Of a stretch of DNA of 64,000 nucleotides, positions 29,159 to 39,864 are shown piece by piece (within the stretch, counting starts at the first letter, position 1; each line of letters opens with the position of its first letter). Source of the DNA: Candidatus Bathyarchaeota archaeon (GTDB taxonomy: Archaea > Thermoproteota > Bathyarchaeia > Bathyarchaeales > Bathycorpusculaceae). The position numbers were made by a program, and so were the translations under genes. The notes beneath the pieces were generated by a model. It ran no database searches, was not told the origin of the DNA, and saw only the letters and a list, made by a program, of their open reading frames with translations. Location: positions 800,001-864,000 of the forward strand of contig CAWABA010000006.1 in NCBI GenBank assembly GCA_963780185.1. Direction: 5' to 3'.

Positions 29159-29779
29159 TTGAGCATTAAAGATGGGCTATCGGCGATTGCGAACGAGGTC
29201 TTAGCAGACGTGCAAAAAGAAGCTGTAGCCATCGTTTTAGAAGCTAAAAACCACGCGTGTGAAGCTTTAAGGACAGCTAAGCAGCAAGCAGACAAAAACT
29301 ACCAGGCAATTCTAAGCCAAGCCGTCGCTCGTGCGGAAGCCGAAAAACGAAGGATTGCCTCTGTAACTGAGGTGGAGATGAGGAATTATCTGCTTGAGGC
29401 AAAAGAGGAGCTGGTTGACGCTGCTTTCGAGAAAGCTCTTGTGAGACTTAAGGAATTCGCGGCGACAAAGGACTACCAACGTTATCTGTTAAAGCTCATA
29501 AAAGAGGTTGCTGCAGGACTGGGTCAAAAAAGCCTCGTTATACAAGTTAACGCCAGAGACAAAGTATGGCTCACTCAAGAAGAGTTGAACCATGTGTCTA
29601 AAAGGCTAAATTGCGAATTAAAATTGTTAGACGAAACGGAAGATTTCATCGGAGGCTTTAAAACGCATACGGTGGATGGCAAAATAACTTTTGACAGCAC
29701 CATCGACAACAAGTTGAATGAGTTGAAGCCCCAGTTACGTGTTGAGTTAGCAAAAATTATGTTTAAGGAGGAAAAGTAA
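29159..29779 (+). CDS. atpE: A/V-type ATP synthase subunit E
   Basis: Coiled-coil N-terminus, IGGF...DGKITFDST. Confidence 0.92.
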   Translation: MSIKDGLSAIANEVLADVQKEAVAIVLEAKNHACEALRTAKQQADKNYQAILSQAVARAEAEKRRIASVTEVEMRNYLLEAKEELVDAAFEKALVRLKEFAATKDYQRYLLKLIKEVAAGLGQKSLVIQVNARDKVWLTQEELNHVSKRLNCELKLLDETEDFIGGFKTHTVDGKITFDSTIDNKLNELKPQLRVELAKIMFKEEK

Positions 29780-29784
29780 GAAAC

Positions 29785-31554
29785 ATGCCCCCTAAAGGAA
29801 GCGTAATTCGAGTTGCAGGACCAGTCGTTGAAGCCAAAGATATGGCTGGAGCAATCATGTATGAATTGGTTGAAGTAGGCAACGAAAACTTGGTCGGCGA
29901 AATCATTCGGTTAGAAGGCGAACATGCCACCATCCAAGTCTACCAGAACACCACCGGACTTAAAGTCGGCGAACCCGTTTCAGGAACCGGAAGTTTGCTT
30001 TCAGTCGAGTTGGCGCCTGGGCTGGTCGGAAACGTTTTTGACGGTATCCAGCGCCCCTTAGAGGTTTTGAGGAAGCTTACAGGGGCGTTTATTAAGCCAG
30101 TGCAGGGTGTGACGCCGCTTGCAAAAGACAAGAAATGGCGTTTCAAGCCTAAAGCTGAAGTTGGCGCGAAACTCGTCGGCGGCGACATCATCGGCACAGT
30201 CGCTGAGACCGATTTGGTTGAGCACCGCATAATGATTCCGCCGCTGATGCGTGGCACCTTGGTCAGTATTGTGTCTGAAGGCGATTTTACGATTACTGAG
30301 CCGATTGCAACCCTTGAGGCGAACGGTGTGAAAACCGACGTCGCAATGCTGCAGAAGTGGCCTGTTAGGAAGTCGCGTCCGTACGGTCGAAGGCTTCCGC
30401 CCTCTGTTCCCTTGATTACTGGGCAGCGGATAATTGACACTTTCTTCCCCATCGCTAAAGGCGGCAGCGCCTCGATCCCAGGCGGATTCGGCACAGGCAA
30501 AACCGTCACTCAGCAGCAGCTTGCCAAATGGTCAGACGCGAAGGTCATAATCTACGTGGGCTGTGGAGAACGCGGCAACGAAATGGTTGACGTGCTGGAG
30601 AGTTTTCCCAAGCTGGTTGACCCCACCACTGGGCACCCGCTTATGGAGCGAACCATTCTGGTGGCTAACACAAGCAACATGCCAGTTTCCGCACGTGAAG
30701 CAAGCATCTACACAGGCATCACCTTGGCTGAATACTACCGTGACATGGGCTACGCAGTGGCTTTGATGGCTGACTCCACCAGCAGATGGGCTGAGGCGCT
30801 ACGTGAAGTTTCAGGAAGGCTCGAAGAAATGCCTGCCGAAGAAGGCTTCCCAAGCTATTTGCCCTCTAGGCTGGCTGAGTTTTACGAGCGAACAGGCGTT
30901 GTTGAAACCTTAGGCGCGGATAAACGCCAGGGCTCAATCTGCGCGATCGGAGCGGTTTCTCCTCCAGGAGGCGACTTCTCAGAGCCTGTCACACAGCACA
31001 CTAAACGTTTCACAAGGGTTTTCTGGGCGCTTGACTCCGAACTGGCTGATGCCAGACATTACCCAGCGATCAATTGGATGCAGAGTTACAGCGGCTACAT
31101 CGCTGAGCTTGAAGGCTGGTGGCATACGCAGGTGGATAAGGACTGGAACACCTACAGGGTTGAAGCGATGCGTATTCTGCAATCGGAAGACGACCTCAAA
31201 AACATCGTTAAACTGGTGGGTCCAGAGGCTTTACCAGACAAGCAACGTTTGATTTTGGAGACGGCGCGGGTTATCCGAATTGCTCTTCTGCAGCAAAACG
31301 CCCTAGACCCCGTGGACACGTACTGTTCTCCGAAAAAACAGTTCAGGATGCTTAAGATTATCGTGGATTTCCATCACTACGCTGACAGGGTCGTAAGCAA
31401 GGGTGCGCCGATTTTCAAGGTAACCCAGATGCCGATCAATGAGGAGATTATGCGTATGAAAACTTCGGTTCCAAATGAGAAAGTAGACGATTTGAACGAT
31501 TTGGAAACCAGAATGCAGAAACGTTTCGAAGAGTTAGAGGCAAGTCTGAGGTAA
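29785..31554 (+). CDS. atpA: A/V-type ATP synthase subunit A
   Basis: Walker [31 protein letters not shown]; no intein. Confidence 0.98.
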   Translation: MPPKGSVIRVAGPVVEAKDMAGAIMYELVEVGNENLVGEIIRLEGEHATIQVYQNTTGLKVGEPVSGTGSLLSVELAPGLVGNVFDGIQRPLEVLRKLTGAFIKPVQGVTPLAKDKKWRFKPKAEVGAKLVGGDIIGTVAETDLVEHRIMIPPLMRGTLVSIVSEGDFTITEPIATLEANGVKTDVAMLQKWPVRKSRPYGRRLPPSVPLITGQRIIDTFFPIAKGGSASIPGGFGTGKTVTQQQLAKWSDAKVIIYVGCGERGNEMVDVLESFPKLVDPTTGHPLMERTILVANTSNMPVSAREASIYTGITLAEYYRDMGYAVALMADSTSRWAEALREVSGRLEEMPAEEGFPSYLPSRLAEFYERTGVVETLGADKRQGSICAIGAVSPPGGDFSEPVTQHTKRFTRVFWALDSELADARHYPAINWMQSYSGYIAELEGWWHTQVDKDWNTYRVEAMRILQSEDDLKNIVKLVGPEALPDKQRLILETARVIRIALLQQNALDPVDTYCSPKKQFRMLKIIVDFHHYADRVVSKGAPIFKVTQMPINEEIMRMKTSVPNEKVDDLNDLETRMQKRFEELEASLR

Positions 31555-31559
31555 AGAAT

Positions 31560-32960
31560 ATGGCAGGTATAGGCTTAGAATATAAAGGAGTCGCTTCGAT
31601 TTCAGGGCCAATTATCATTGTGGAAAACGTGCAGAACGTCGGTTACGATGAACTAGTCGCGGTCAGAGCCCAAACTGGAGAGATACGGCTGGGCAAAGTT
31701 ATTCAGGTAACTCAGAAAGCCGTAACCGTCCAAGTCTTCGAAGGAACCACGGGTCTGTCGCCTTCCGAAACACGCACCCGATTTCTGGGAAAACCGCTGG
31801 AGGTGCCTGTGTCGACTGAGATGCTTGGACGCGTTATGAACAGTTTCGGCGAGCCTATTGATGGTCACCCAAGGTTTTTCAATGAAGAGCGGCGGGACGC
31901 AAACGGGTTTCCGCTGAATCCTACTGCCAGAGAGTACCCGAGCGATTTCATTCAGACAGGCATATCGGCAATTGACGGATTGGACAGCCTTGTGCGTGGT
32001 CAAAAGCTTCCGATTTTCAGCGGACCAGGCTTATCGCATAACGAGCTTGCTGCACAAATTGTTAGGCAAGCAACTATTCGGGGTGCGAGTGAAGAATTCT
32101 TCGTTGTTTTCATCGCGATGGGGTTGGAGCATGATGACGCAGCGTTTTTCAGAAGAAGCTTTGAGGAAACAGGCGCAATAAAGAACGTTGCAATGTTCCT
32201 TAACTTGGCTGAAGACCCCCCTGTGGAGCGTATAATTACGCCGAGGGCTGGTTTGACTTTAGCGGAGTATTTGGCGTTCGATCAGGGTTCGCATGTTCTG
32301 GTTATTATGACGGACATGACGAATTACTGCGAGGCTCTGCGGGAAGTCAGCGCTTCAATGGAGGAAGTGCCAAGCAGAAAAGGATATCCAGGCTACATGT
32401 ACAGCGACCTTGCAAGCCTGTACGAACGGGCAGGAAGAGTAGCGGGCAAGAAAGGCTCAATCACCCAGATGCCTATATTAACTATGCCTAACGACGACAT
32501 AACACATCCTATCCCTGACCTCACCGGCTACATAACTGAAGGACAGATTGTGCTGTCCCGCAACTTAGAAAAACAAGGCATTTACCCGCCAATCTACATC
32601 ACCACAAGCTTGTCTAGAATAATGAAAGACGGCATCGGTAAAGGGCGAACGAGGGCGGACCATGCCGACGTCGCAAGCCAGTTGTATGCGGCTTATGCAC
32701 AATACAACTCGGTAAAATCGCTCGCTACTATCATCGGCGAAGAGGGGCTAGGTGTAAGGGACAAAGAGTACCTGCGTTTCGGCGAACGCTTCGAGAAGAT
32801 GCTGATTAACCAAGGAAAAAACGAGAACAGAACGATTGAAGACACCCTTAACATCGCATGGGAAACCTTGTCGGTTTTGTCTAACGAAGAATTGATCCAT
32901 GTGCACCCCGAATACATAGAGAAGTACTACGCGAAAGTGGACAAAGGGGTAAGTAAGTAG
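31560..32960 (+). CDS. atpB: A/V-type ATP synthase subunit B
   Basis: [46 protein letters not shown]. Confidence 0.98.
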   Translation: MAGIGLEYKGVASISGPIIIVENVQNVGYDELVAVRAQTGEIRLGKVIQVTQKAVTVQVFEGTTGLSPSETRTRFLGKPLEVPVSTEMLGRVMNSFGEPIDGHPRFFNEERRDANGFPLNPTAREYPSDFIQTGISAIDGLDSLVRGQKLPIFSGPGLSHNELAAQIVRQATIRGASEEFFVVFIAMGLEHDDAAFFRRSFEETGAIKNVAMFLNLAEDPPVERIITPRAGLTLAEYLAFDQGSHVLVIMTDMTNYCEALREVSASMEEVPSRKGYPGYMYSDLASLYERAGRVAGKKGSITQMPILTMPNDDITHPIPDLTGYITEGQIVLSRNLEKQGIYPPIYITTSLSRIMKDGIGKGRTRADHADVASQLYAAYAQYNSVKSLATIIGEEGLGVRDKEYLRFGERFEKMLINQGKNENRTIEDTLNIAWETLSVLSNEELIHVHPEYIEKYYAKVDKGVSK

Positions 32961-33602
32961 TTGTCAGCCGAAAACATAAGCCCCACAAGAATAAACCTGA
33001 TACAAACAAAAAAAACCTTAAACCTCGCCCAATCGGGACGAGACGTCCTTGAACGCAAACGTGACATCCTGCTACGGGAACTTCGAAGCAGCATCTACGA
33101 GGCAGAGCGGGCACGCATGGACCTGCTGGAAGCCCTAGCAAAAGCGTATGAAGCGATAAAAGAAGCAAACATGGCAAAAGGCTCAGAGACCATAGCCAAC
33201 GTCGCAGGCGGTTCACGTTTCGAAGCGGATTTCCTGATGGATTTCAAAAGTATAATGGGGGTCGTCGTTCCCGCAGTTGAATTCCAAGGAGCCGACGAAG
33301 TTAAGCCTGACTACGGTTTCGCTAACACCAGCTCCGAACTGGATAAAGCGTTCAAGAATTTTTACAGTTTGCTCGGGTTAATCGCTGATTTAGCCAGAAC
33401 TGAAGGTGCAACGTTTCAGATTGCTGACGACGTGAAGCGGACTCAGCGGCGGGTTAACGCTTTGAATTACGTTCTTATCCCTATGTACCGTAACATCACC
33501 AAGCAGATCGCGCTGGTTTTGGAAGAAAAAGACCGCGAGGAGTTTGTTCGCACTAAAAGAATTAAACAGATGATAAGGAAGCGTGGAAAAGTTGAGTTTT
33601 GA
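32961..33602 (+). CDS. atpD: A/V-type ATP synthase subunit D
   Basis: PTRINL, LERKRDIL, TQRRVNAL, EEKDREEFVR. Confidence 0.96.
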   Translation: MSAENISPTRINLIQTKKTLNLAQSGRDVLERKRDILLRELRSSIYEAERARMDLLEALAKAYEAIKEANMAKGSETIANVAGGSRFEADFLMDFKSIMGVVVPAVEFQGADEVKPDYGFANTSSELDKAFKNFYSLLGLIADLARTEGATFQIADDVKRTQRRVNALNYVLIPMYRNITKQIALVLEEKDREEFVRTKRIKQMIRKRGKVEF

Positions 33603-34035
33603 CTTTAAATCTATTAAGAAGATCTTAATCCCAACCGACGGGTCTGAACATAGTTTGCGCGCCGCCGAATACGGCATAGGCATAGCCAAAATGGTTGGGG
33701 CACAAATCCTTGTGGTTTTCGTCGTTGACGAGGTTGTTCTTGACCAGTTGGCGAAAGTAACCGAGCGGGAAGCTACTGAACGGGAACTGAAGGATGACGG
33801 GTTAGGCTACGTCAACTATGTCCTTGGCTTAGCAGAAAAAGCAGGCGTAAACGCTTCTTCCATGGTCGCGGAAGGAAGGCCGTTTGAACGAATTGTGCAT
33901 TTAGCGAAAGAGTTAAACGTTGATTTGATCGTGATGGGCACGTACGGGCGAAGGGGCGCCGAAAGGATTCTCATCGGCAGCGTCGCGGAACGAGTGATTG
34001 AATACGCTTCTTGCCCCGTCTTAGTCGTCAAATAA
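33583..34035 (+). CDS. Universal stress protein (ATP-binding type)
   Basis: KILIPTDGS, DLIVMGTYGRRGAERILIGSVAERV, CPVLVVK; overlaps atpD. Confidence 0.95.
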   Translation: MEKLSFDFKSIKKILIPTDGSEHSLRAAEYGIGIAKMVGAQILVVFVVDEVVLDQLAKVTEREATERELKDDGLGYVNYVLGLAEKAGVNASSMVAEGRPFERIVHLAKELNVDLIVMGTYGRRGAERILIGSVAERVIEYASCPVLVVK

Positions 34036-34059
34036 ACATTCAGATAAGGTGGAAAACGC

Positions 34060-34230
34060 ATGTCAAAAGCAAAGTTAGAAAAAGACTTCCAAGAGTTTAA
34101 CCTGCAAATTGAAAAGTTAGCAGAGGAAGAAATAAAAGACATCAAGGAAAAGGCGGATGCGGTGCAGGCGGAAGCTGCCAAAGTCGGCGCAAAGGTTGAA
34201 GTCTCAATCAAGGAAACGAAGGCAAAATAG
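34060..34230 (+). CDS. 56-aa charged helical protein, absent from the ORF track
   Basis: MSKAKLEKDFQEFNLQIEKLAEEEIKDIKEKADAVQAEAAKVGAKVEVSIKETKAK; AAGGTGG RBS-like upstream; fills the USP-atpK gap. Confidence 0.7.
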   Translation: MSKAKLEKDFQEFNLQIEKLAEEEIKDIKEKADAVQAEAAKVGAKVEVSIKETKAK

Positions 34231-34289
34231 GAAGGAAAAAGGTTAATAGCTAGCGGCAACTTGTCCGTTTCTAACGGAGAGACATAGGT

Positions 34290-34625
34290 ATGAAAGGAAA
34301 AGTAATTGCTTTATTTGTGCTTCCACTAGCGCTCCTCATACCCATCGGGTTCGCAGCAGCCATAACCGTTACCACCTTACAATCAACTACATCCACAACA
34401 ACAGGACAATACGACACGTTCGGCTTAGCGATCGGCGCAGGACTCTCAATCGGCTTAGCAGCGTTGGGCGCGGGAATTGGAATTTCAGCCGCAGGCAGCG
34501 CAGCAATCAGCGCATTAGCAGAGAAACCTGACACATTCTTCAGAAGTTTCTTGATCGTTGCGTTGGCTGAAGCACTGGCAATCTATGGCTTAATCATGGG
34601 TATTCTGCTCTGGATTAAGATTTAG
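34290..34625 (+). CDS. atpK: A/V-type ATP synthase subunit K (c, proteolipid) with N-terminal presequence
   Basis: GLAALGAGIG, AEKP loop, ALAEALAIYGL with the essential Glu. Confidence 0.95.
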   Translation: MKGKVIALFVLPLALLIPIGFAAAITVTTLQSTTSTTTGQYDTFGLAIGAGLSIGLAALGAGIGISAAGSAAISALAEKPDTFFRSFLIVALAEALAIYGLIMGILLWIKI

Positions 34626-34947
34626 AAAACCATTTTTTTATTTTATTTGTTCGCTGTAGATTTTTCGGCTTATTCATCTTTCTGCAAAAAACCTGATTCT
34701 TTCTTATTTTTTGGTTCTTGAAGGGTAGAGCCAGAATTCCAGGTTTGTCTCTGCGAAATTTTATTAAACTCAGAATTTCGGGTAACGCATCTCTGACCCC
34801 TGCGAAGATTTGGCAACTTAGACCTGTTGTCGCAATCTACAATCACATCGACTTAAATGTTGTAGTCACAAAGATTAACATGCATCATTTTGAGTCAACC
34901 TGAATGCGCCCTCAGGTTAATCGATAAACAAAAATGGCGGAAAAGAA

Positions 34948-36037
34948 ATGCGGGAAAACCTGAAAAAATACGTTTCCGTTTCGTTCTTCATCGGCTTCTC
35001 CGCCTTTGTCCATCTATCTTCTATCCTTCTCCAACGTCGGCTCAATCATAGATGTCATGGGAAAAACAAGCATAACCGTTTACGCCTTAGCGTTCATTTG
35101 CGTTTTATGCGGAGTAATCTTCGACGCCCTCACGTGGCACCAGATACTCGGTAAACTCTCCGTGAAAACAACTTTCCGCCGCGTTTTCACGTTAAGTTGG
35201 GTAGGAATTTTCGTTGACGCCATCGTTCCCAGCGGCTGGTCAGGAGACGTGTTCAAGGCTTACTTGTTGTCCAAAGACGGAGCTGACGGCTCAAAAACTG
35301 CAGCCTCCATTGTGGTGAAGAAGGTTTTTGAGCTAGTAATGACTCTGGCAGCGTTGCTTTTTGGCTTAGTCCTCTTGGTCGCCAATTACTCGTTGGACAA
35401 TGAATTAGTCATTGTCATAGGCGCAATGATGGCATTGATTTCTTTGCCCTTAGTGTTGATTCTTTATCTTAGTGTTAGCGCGAGGACGAGCCAGATGGTT
35501 TTCAAGTTTATGCGCCGATTCTCCACTTTGATAAGAGGGAAAAATTCTGATACCCCCGAATTTGAAAACAAGCTTAGAAAATCCCTCGGCGAATTTCACA
35601 ACGGAATCATGATGCTCAAAACAAACCCCAAAAAAATGTTTCAGCCACTGATATTCCAAGCAATCTCATGGATTTTCAGCATATTAACTCTGTTTCTGAT
35701 TTTTGCGTCAATAGGATACATAATAAGCCCTGACAAAATCATAATAACAAACTCAATAACAGCTAATTTTCAAACTCAAGGGTTCGCCGCCGCCGGGTTT
35801 TTGCCGCTTATCTCAAGCTTGCTTTACCGTATGCTGGGCACGGCGTCGCTTGTGAGTGTAGCGTCAAGTCTGTTGGCTAGTTTTCCGACTTTCTGGTTCA
35901 GGGTCATTATCGCCTTCGTTGTTTTCCAAGTTATGGTGTTTGACCGCGCTGTCCCTTTTTTGAGGGCAGAAACCAAGGGTATAACCGCTGAGAAACAGGG
36001 TTTGCTTGATTTCCCCGAAAAGCCAAAGCCCATTTGA
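34948..36037 (+). CDS. UPF0104/lysylphosphatidylglycerol synthase TM (flippase-like) protein; probable indel near 35010
   Basis: WHQIL...FVDAIVPSGWSGDVFKAYLL; N-terminal TM encoded in the 34948 frame. Confidence 0.8.
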
Positions 36038-36167
36038 AAAGCACTAAGTAGACGCCAACTGAACAAAAATAATAGCAGACTGTGTTCTGAAATTGTCGTT
36101 TTTCCGAAAAGATAATAATGCCTGATTACTTAACCTTATTTTAGTTTGAAGGGATTTGTTGTTTTGA

Positions 36168-37604
36168 TTGCTAAAGGTGCGTAGTTTGCAGGCGAATTCA
36201 CTATCGTTTACGATCGTTCCTGAAATTCCGGCGGATTACTTTAGCAAGTTCTACGAATACATGAATCGGTTCTTCCTCGCCCCTCAAAAAAACAGGTTCG
36301 CTGATATTTCAACAGGCGATTTCTCGGTCAGCTATTCAATTTTAGATTCCAACGGCAAGAAAATTCTAAATGTGCGCGCCTCCGGCAACGAAGCTATCAA
36401 CGCGGTTATCGAGCCTCTTAACCAACCAGTTCCAGAAGAGGAGGTTTCCAGGTCCAAAGAAGACATTAGGATAGCCGTGGATGCATTTGAAGAACAAATT
36501 AGAAAGAACAGTCTTTTCTTCGCTTGGAGAGAAGGCGAATCAATTGTGCCTGAAAAGGTTTCAAGTAAAGAAAACAAGTCTCTGCGCCGCATTTTTTTGG
36601 AAACTCAGATTTTGCTTATCGCCGCGTTCATGACTGTGGGAATATTGCTGTTCCTCATCATTGGACCACTGGTTCCCATCGTTTTACTTGCTATCCAATT
36701 CGTCTTTGTTTTTTACTCAAACAAGATAGTTGCTAGGTCGGCAGATTGGCACATCACGGAGAAAGATCCTTACCTTCACATCCTGCAGTATCCCCTGTCC
36801 GCAGAGTTGGATGCGTCAAACAAGAAGCTGTCGAAAAAAGATTTGGCTCAGCTTAAACAAGAAATTTATAAGTTAACGATAGCTGAGAACGGCGAACTTG
36901 ACTGCCAAACGGCACACGACGTTTTCGCCAAGTACGGGATTGACTGCAAAACCCAAGATTTGATTGCCAAGAAAGTTAACGTTTACGACATTGTTAAGAG
37001 AACTGCTGACAAATTCGGTTACAAAGTTCCAGAAATCATAGTGTCTAACACTTTGCTGCCAAACGCCGCAGCTTCAGGTCCCACGCCCAGCAGAGGCATA
37101 GTCTTGGTTACAACTGGAACGTTTCTGCAGCTTAATGATGAAGAAATCGAGTCTGTTTTGGGTCACGAGTTCGGGCACCTGAAAGGTCATGACCCGCTTT
37201 GGCTTTACGGTTTATCAGCGATTCAGTACCTCTTCTGGTTCTACATAATTTTCACGTTGGTAAAAACCAGCTCAACTTTTCTGCTAATAATCTACTTGTG
37301 GGCGCTTCTGACGTTGACTTACTTCGTCTCCAAGTTCTTTGAGGCACGAGCGGACTTAATTTCAGCGATTGTAATAGGGAAACCGAAGGTTTTGGCTGAT
37401 TCGCTTGAAAAAATAGGCTTCCAAAGACTGCTTTACGAGCGTGTCCCATCTTTCCGTTTCCAAGAATGGCTGAATTGGGATCCACATCCGCCGATTTATT
37501 TTAGAATTGCCAGACTTCGCGGCATAGAGGACCCCTCAAGAATTAAGCATCCTCTTCGGCAATCAGCAAGGGAAGTCATAAGAGGTTTCATTAAAAGCTT
37601 CTAA
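36168..37604 (+). CDS. M48 (HtpX-like) membrane metalloprotease with N-terminal extension
   Basis: PNAAA, LGHEFGH, FEARAD, HPPIYFRI. Confidence 0.92.
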   Translation: MLKVRSLQANSLSFTIVPEIPADYFSKFYEYMNRFFLAPQKNRFADISTGDFSVSYSILDSNGKKILNVRASGNEAINAVIEPLNQPVPEEEVSRSKEDIRIAVDAFEEQIRKNSLFFAWREGESIVPEKVSSKENKSLRRIFLETQILLIAAFMTVGILLFLIIGPLVPIVLLAIQFVFVFYSNKIVARSADWHITEKDPYLHILQYPLSAELDASNKKLSKKDLAQLKQEIYKLTIAENGELDCQTAHDVFAKYGIDCKTQDLIAKKVNVYDIVKRTADKFGYKVPEIIVSNTLLPNAAASGPTPSRGIVLVTTGTFLQLNDEEIESVLGHEFGHLKGHDPLWLYGLSAIQYLFWFYIIFTLVKTSSTFLLIIYLWALLTLTYFVSKFFEARADLISAIVIGKPKVLADSLEKIGFQRLLYERVPSFRFQEWLNWDPHPPIYFRIARLRGIEDPSRIKHPLRQSAREVIRGFIKSF

Positions 37605-37763
37605 ATTACGGGCCTAAACTCCAAAATTTCACTATGGATTCCTAAGTGCCTTCGTAATAATCGGTCGGTGTTGAGTCGCTAACTAAGCGACTTGAGACTT
37701 GAAGTAGAAAACCCGTATCTAATTGGACAAGAAGGATTTAACAAAAATAGTGCGAGATGGATG

Positions 37764-38342
37764 CTAAACGTATTTTTTGTCGTTGTAGCAGTACCATCGG
37801 CTATACTGGGGAATCCACGTTAGAGGCTTATTGCAGGTTGGGCACAGCGGCGCAGTGGATTGTTTCGGGGACGTTTTTGTCTTTTCATCTTTGAATACTT
37901 CTTCCCAATCTTCCTTTTTCGCAGATTCCTCTGGATTAACGTATTTCTTGTCGTTGTAGCAGTACCACCGCTTATACTGCGGAATCCAAGTAAGCGGCTG
38001 ATTGCATGTTGGGCAAAGCGGCTGGGCAGATTTTTTAGGTTCGGCTTGCACCGTCGGTTTCGCCTCTTCAGCTTGAGAGCTTTCGGTTTCTTCCTTTTTG
38101 CATTCCGCGTGGCTGCCAGTCAAAAATTCGGGTTTCAGCACAATGAAATCTGACGCTGCCTGAATATCTTGCCATTGGATGCATTGGAGTTCGCCAGCAG
38201 TGTTTTCCACTGAGAGTGAAATTCCAAGTTGCCCAACGACGAAGGCAACATCTTTGACTTTTCCAACCAAGTGACCTTGAGAATCTATTACTTGCATAGA
38301 GACAAGTGCGTTTTTAGTTAGAGGTTTATCGGTTTTAGCCAT
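37764..38342 (-). CDS. PRC-barrel protein with two tandem zinc-ribbon-like motifs
   Basis: VIDSQGHLVGKVKDV PRC motif; CPTCNxPLTWIPQYxRWYCYNDKKYV twice. Confidence 0.85.
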   Translation of the reverse strand: MAKTDKPLTKNALVSMQVIDSQGHLVGKVKDVAFVVGQLGISLSVENTAGELQCIQWQDIQAASDFIVLKPEFLTGSHAECKKEETESSQAEEAKPTVQAEPKKSAQPLCPTCNQPLTWIPQYKRWYCYNDKKYVNPEESAKKEDWEEVFKDEKTKTSPKQSTAPLCPTCNKPLTWIPQYSRWYCYNDKKYV

Positions 38343-38395
38343 CTTGATACAGCCCTACTCTGATTATAGCTAGCTTGTTTAAAGGATTTTCGTTT

Positions 38396-38953
38396 TTAAC
38401 TCGAAACGTGCTGCGAATCCAGATTTGTGGGGATTTCCCAGTAGCTGATGATGTCGCCTTTGACCCATTTGCCGCCTAAGCTGCGAACAACCTCGTTAAT
38501 GTCTTCCCATTCAGCCTTCAAAAACTGAATAGGCTTAACCACAACACAATCCTCCTTGGCATGGAAACTAAGCAGTTTACGTTGGTCTGGGCTGAACTCG
38601 TTTTCCCATTTCGCGGTGGATTTAGGGGGCTGCGAGACCTGCGGTGCCTTCGCGGTTGCAGGCTTAGGCTCAAGTTTGGGTTCAACTTTGAGGGCTACGG
38701 CGGGTTTAGGGGCAGCTTTTGGCTCCGCGCCTTTGGTAAGCTTCATCTCTGGAGTTGGGCAGCCTTCAGCTACGTCCTCAAAAGTTTCGCTTCTCACTAC
38801 AGCAAGCACCTGCCTAAAAAATAGATCGAACTTTAGGTCTAACAGTTCGGCGTCAGCAGGCAAATTTGAAGCAAAAGCCGATGCCTCACCCTGCAGCAAC
38901 TTGACGAGCTGTTCGGGGGTTAATTTGATAACTCGGATCTTCATTTTGAGCAC
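38396..38953 (-). CDS. Hypothetical two-domain protein with a Pro/Lys linker
   Basis: 185-aa ORF; C-terminal INEVVRSLGGKWV...YWEIP domain. Confidence 0.75.
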   Translation of the reverse strand: MLKMKIRVIKLTPEQLVKLLQGEASAFASNLPADAELLDLKFDLFFRQVLAVVRSETFEDVAEGCPTPEMKLTKGAEPKAAPKPAVALKVEPKLEPKPATAKAPQVSQPPKSTAKWENEFSPDQRKLLSFHAKEDCVVVKPIQFLKAEWEDINEVVRSLGGKWVKGDIISYWEIPTNLDSQHVSS

Positions 38954-39017
38954 TCAGTGCCTTTAGGTCATCGATAACTTAAAAGCGTTATCCACAGGTA
39001 CACAGCAAAGCTTTTTC

Positions 39018-39665
39018 TCATTTTTTGAGAATCTGCCGCTCAACCGTGGTTCGCTGGGCTTTAGCTCTGGTGGCTCTCCACTCGGCAAAGTTGCCAGAAT
39101 AAAGCCCCCAGCTTTTCAGCTTCGGCGTAACCGCTCTGAGTAGAGCGGGGCAGACTGCAAGTTGGATAACCAGATTTAGGCTGTAGGTGGAGGCAAGGAC
39201 GATTGCGAAGGAGAAGTTGCCGATGAAATTGAATGGCAGAATCCCGATGTTGAAGAGGTATAGGTATTGCCATAGTATGTAGGTGGTGCCTACGAAAAGG
39301 GTAACCGCGTACACAATCATGAGCATAAGTAAGTTTCTTTTTGATCTGCCTTCCGACGCATTCCGGGGGATAAGAGCCCAGTTTAAACTGAAGATAATTA
39401 GTGCAGTAACCGATTCTACCCATGCCGCGTAAGGAGGCACTCCCTCAACGTACAATCCGCCGATGAAAGCGCCAACCATGCTGCCGACAAGCCCCGGCCA
39501 ACCGAACCAGACGGGGAGGACACCGAGCAGAATGACGGGAAGATAAAGAAGCGTAAATCCCGGCAGCATGCCTATGGCTGAACCATAAAATAATACAGCG
39601 TAAAGCGCCGCTACCATAGCCATTATTGAAACTTGTTTTGCTTTGTTTTGTCTTTGCGGCAGCAT
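39018..39665 (-). CDS. Membrane protein, QueT/ECF S-component-like
   Basis: AMVAALYAVL and FGWPGLVGSMVGAFI; about 6 TM; ATG at 39665 likely. Confidence 0.65.
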   Translation of the reverse strand: MLPQRQNKAKQVSIMAMVAALYAVLFYGSAIGMLPGFTLLYLPVILLGVLPVWFGWPGLVGSMVGAFIGGLYVEGVPPYAAWVESVTALIIFSLNWALIPRNASEGRSKRNLLMLMIVYAVTLFVGTTYILWQYLYLFNIGILPFNFIGNFSFAIVLASTYSLNLVIQLAVCPALLRAVTPKLKSWGLYSGNFAEWRATRAKAQRTTVERQILKK

Positions 39666-39864
39666 ATTATTCGTCCTATGTTGGGTTTGACGGTTGGAAG
39701 GAGGAAATTGAATAAAAGGGTTTTCCCGCGTATTACGTGTGTAATACGTGTGGGTGAACCTGATTTCTCCGCAGAAAAATGCGCAAAATATAAAATAATT
39801 CACAGCTAAAGTATAAAAGTTCCAACAATAGTATTAAATAAAAATCGTCAAACCCGGGTCAACG

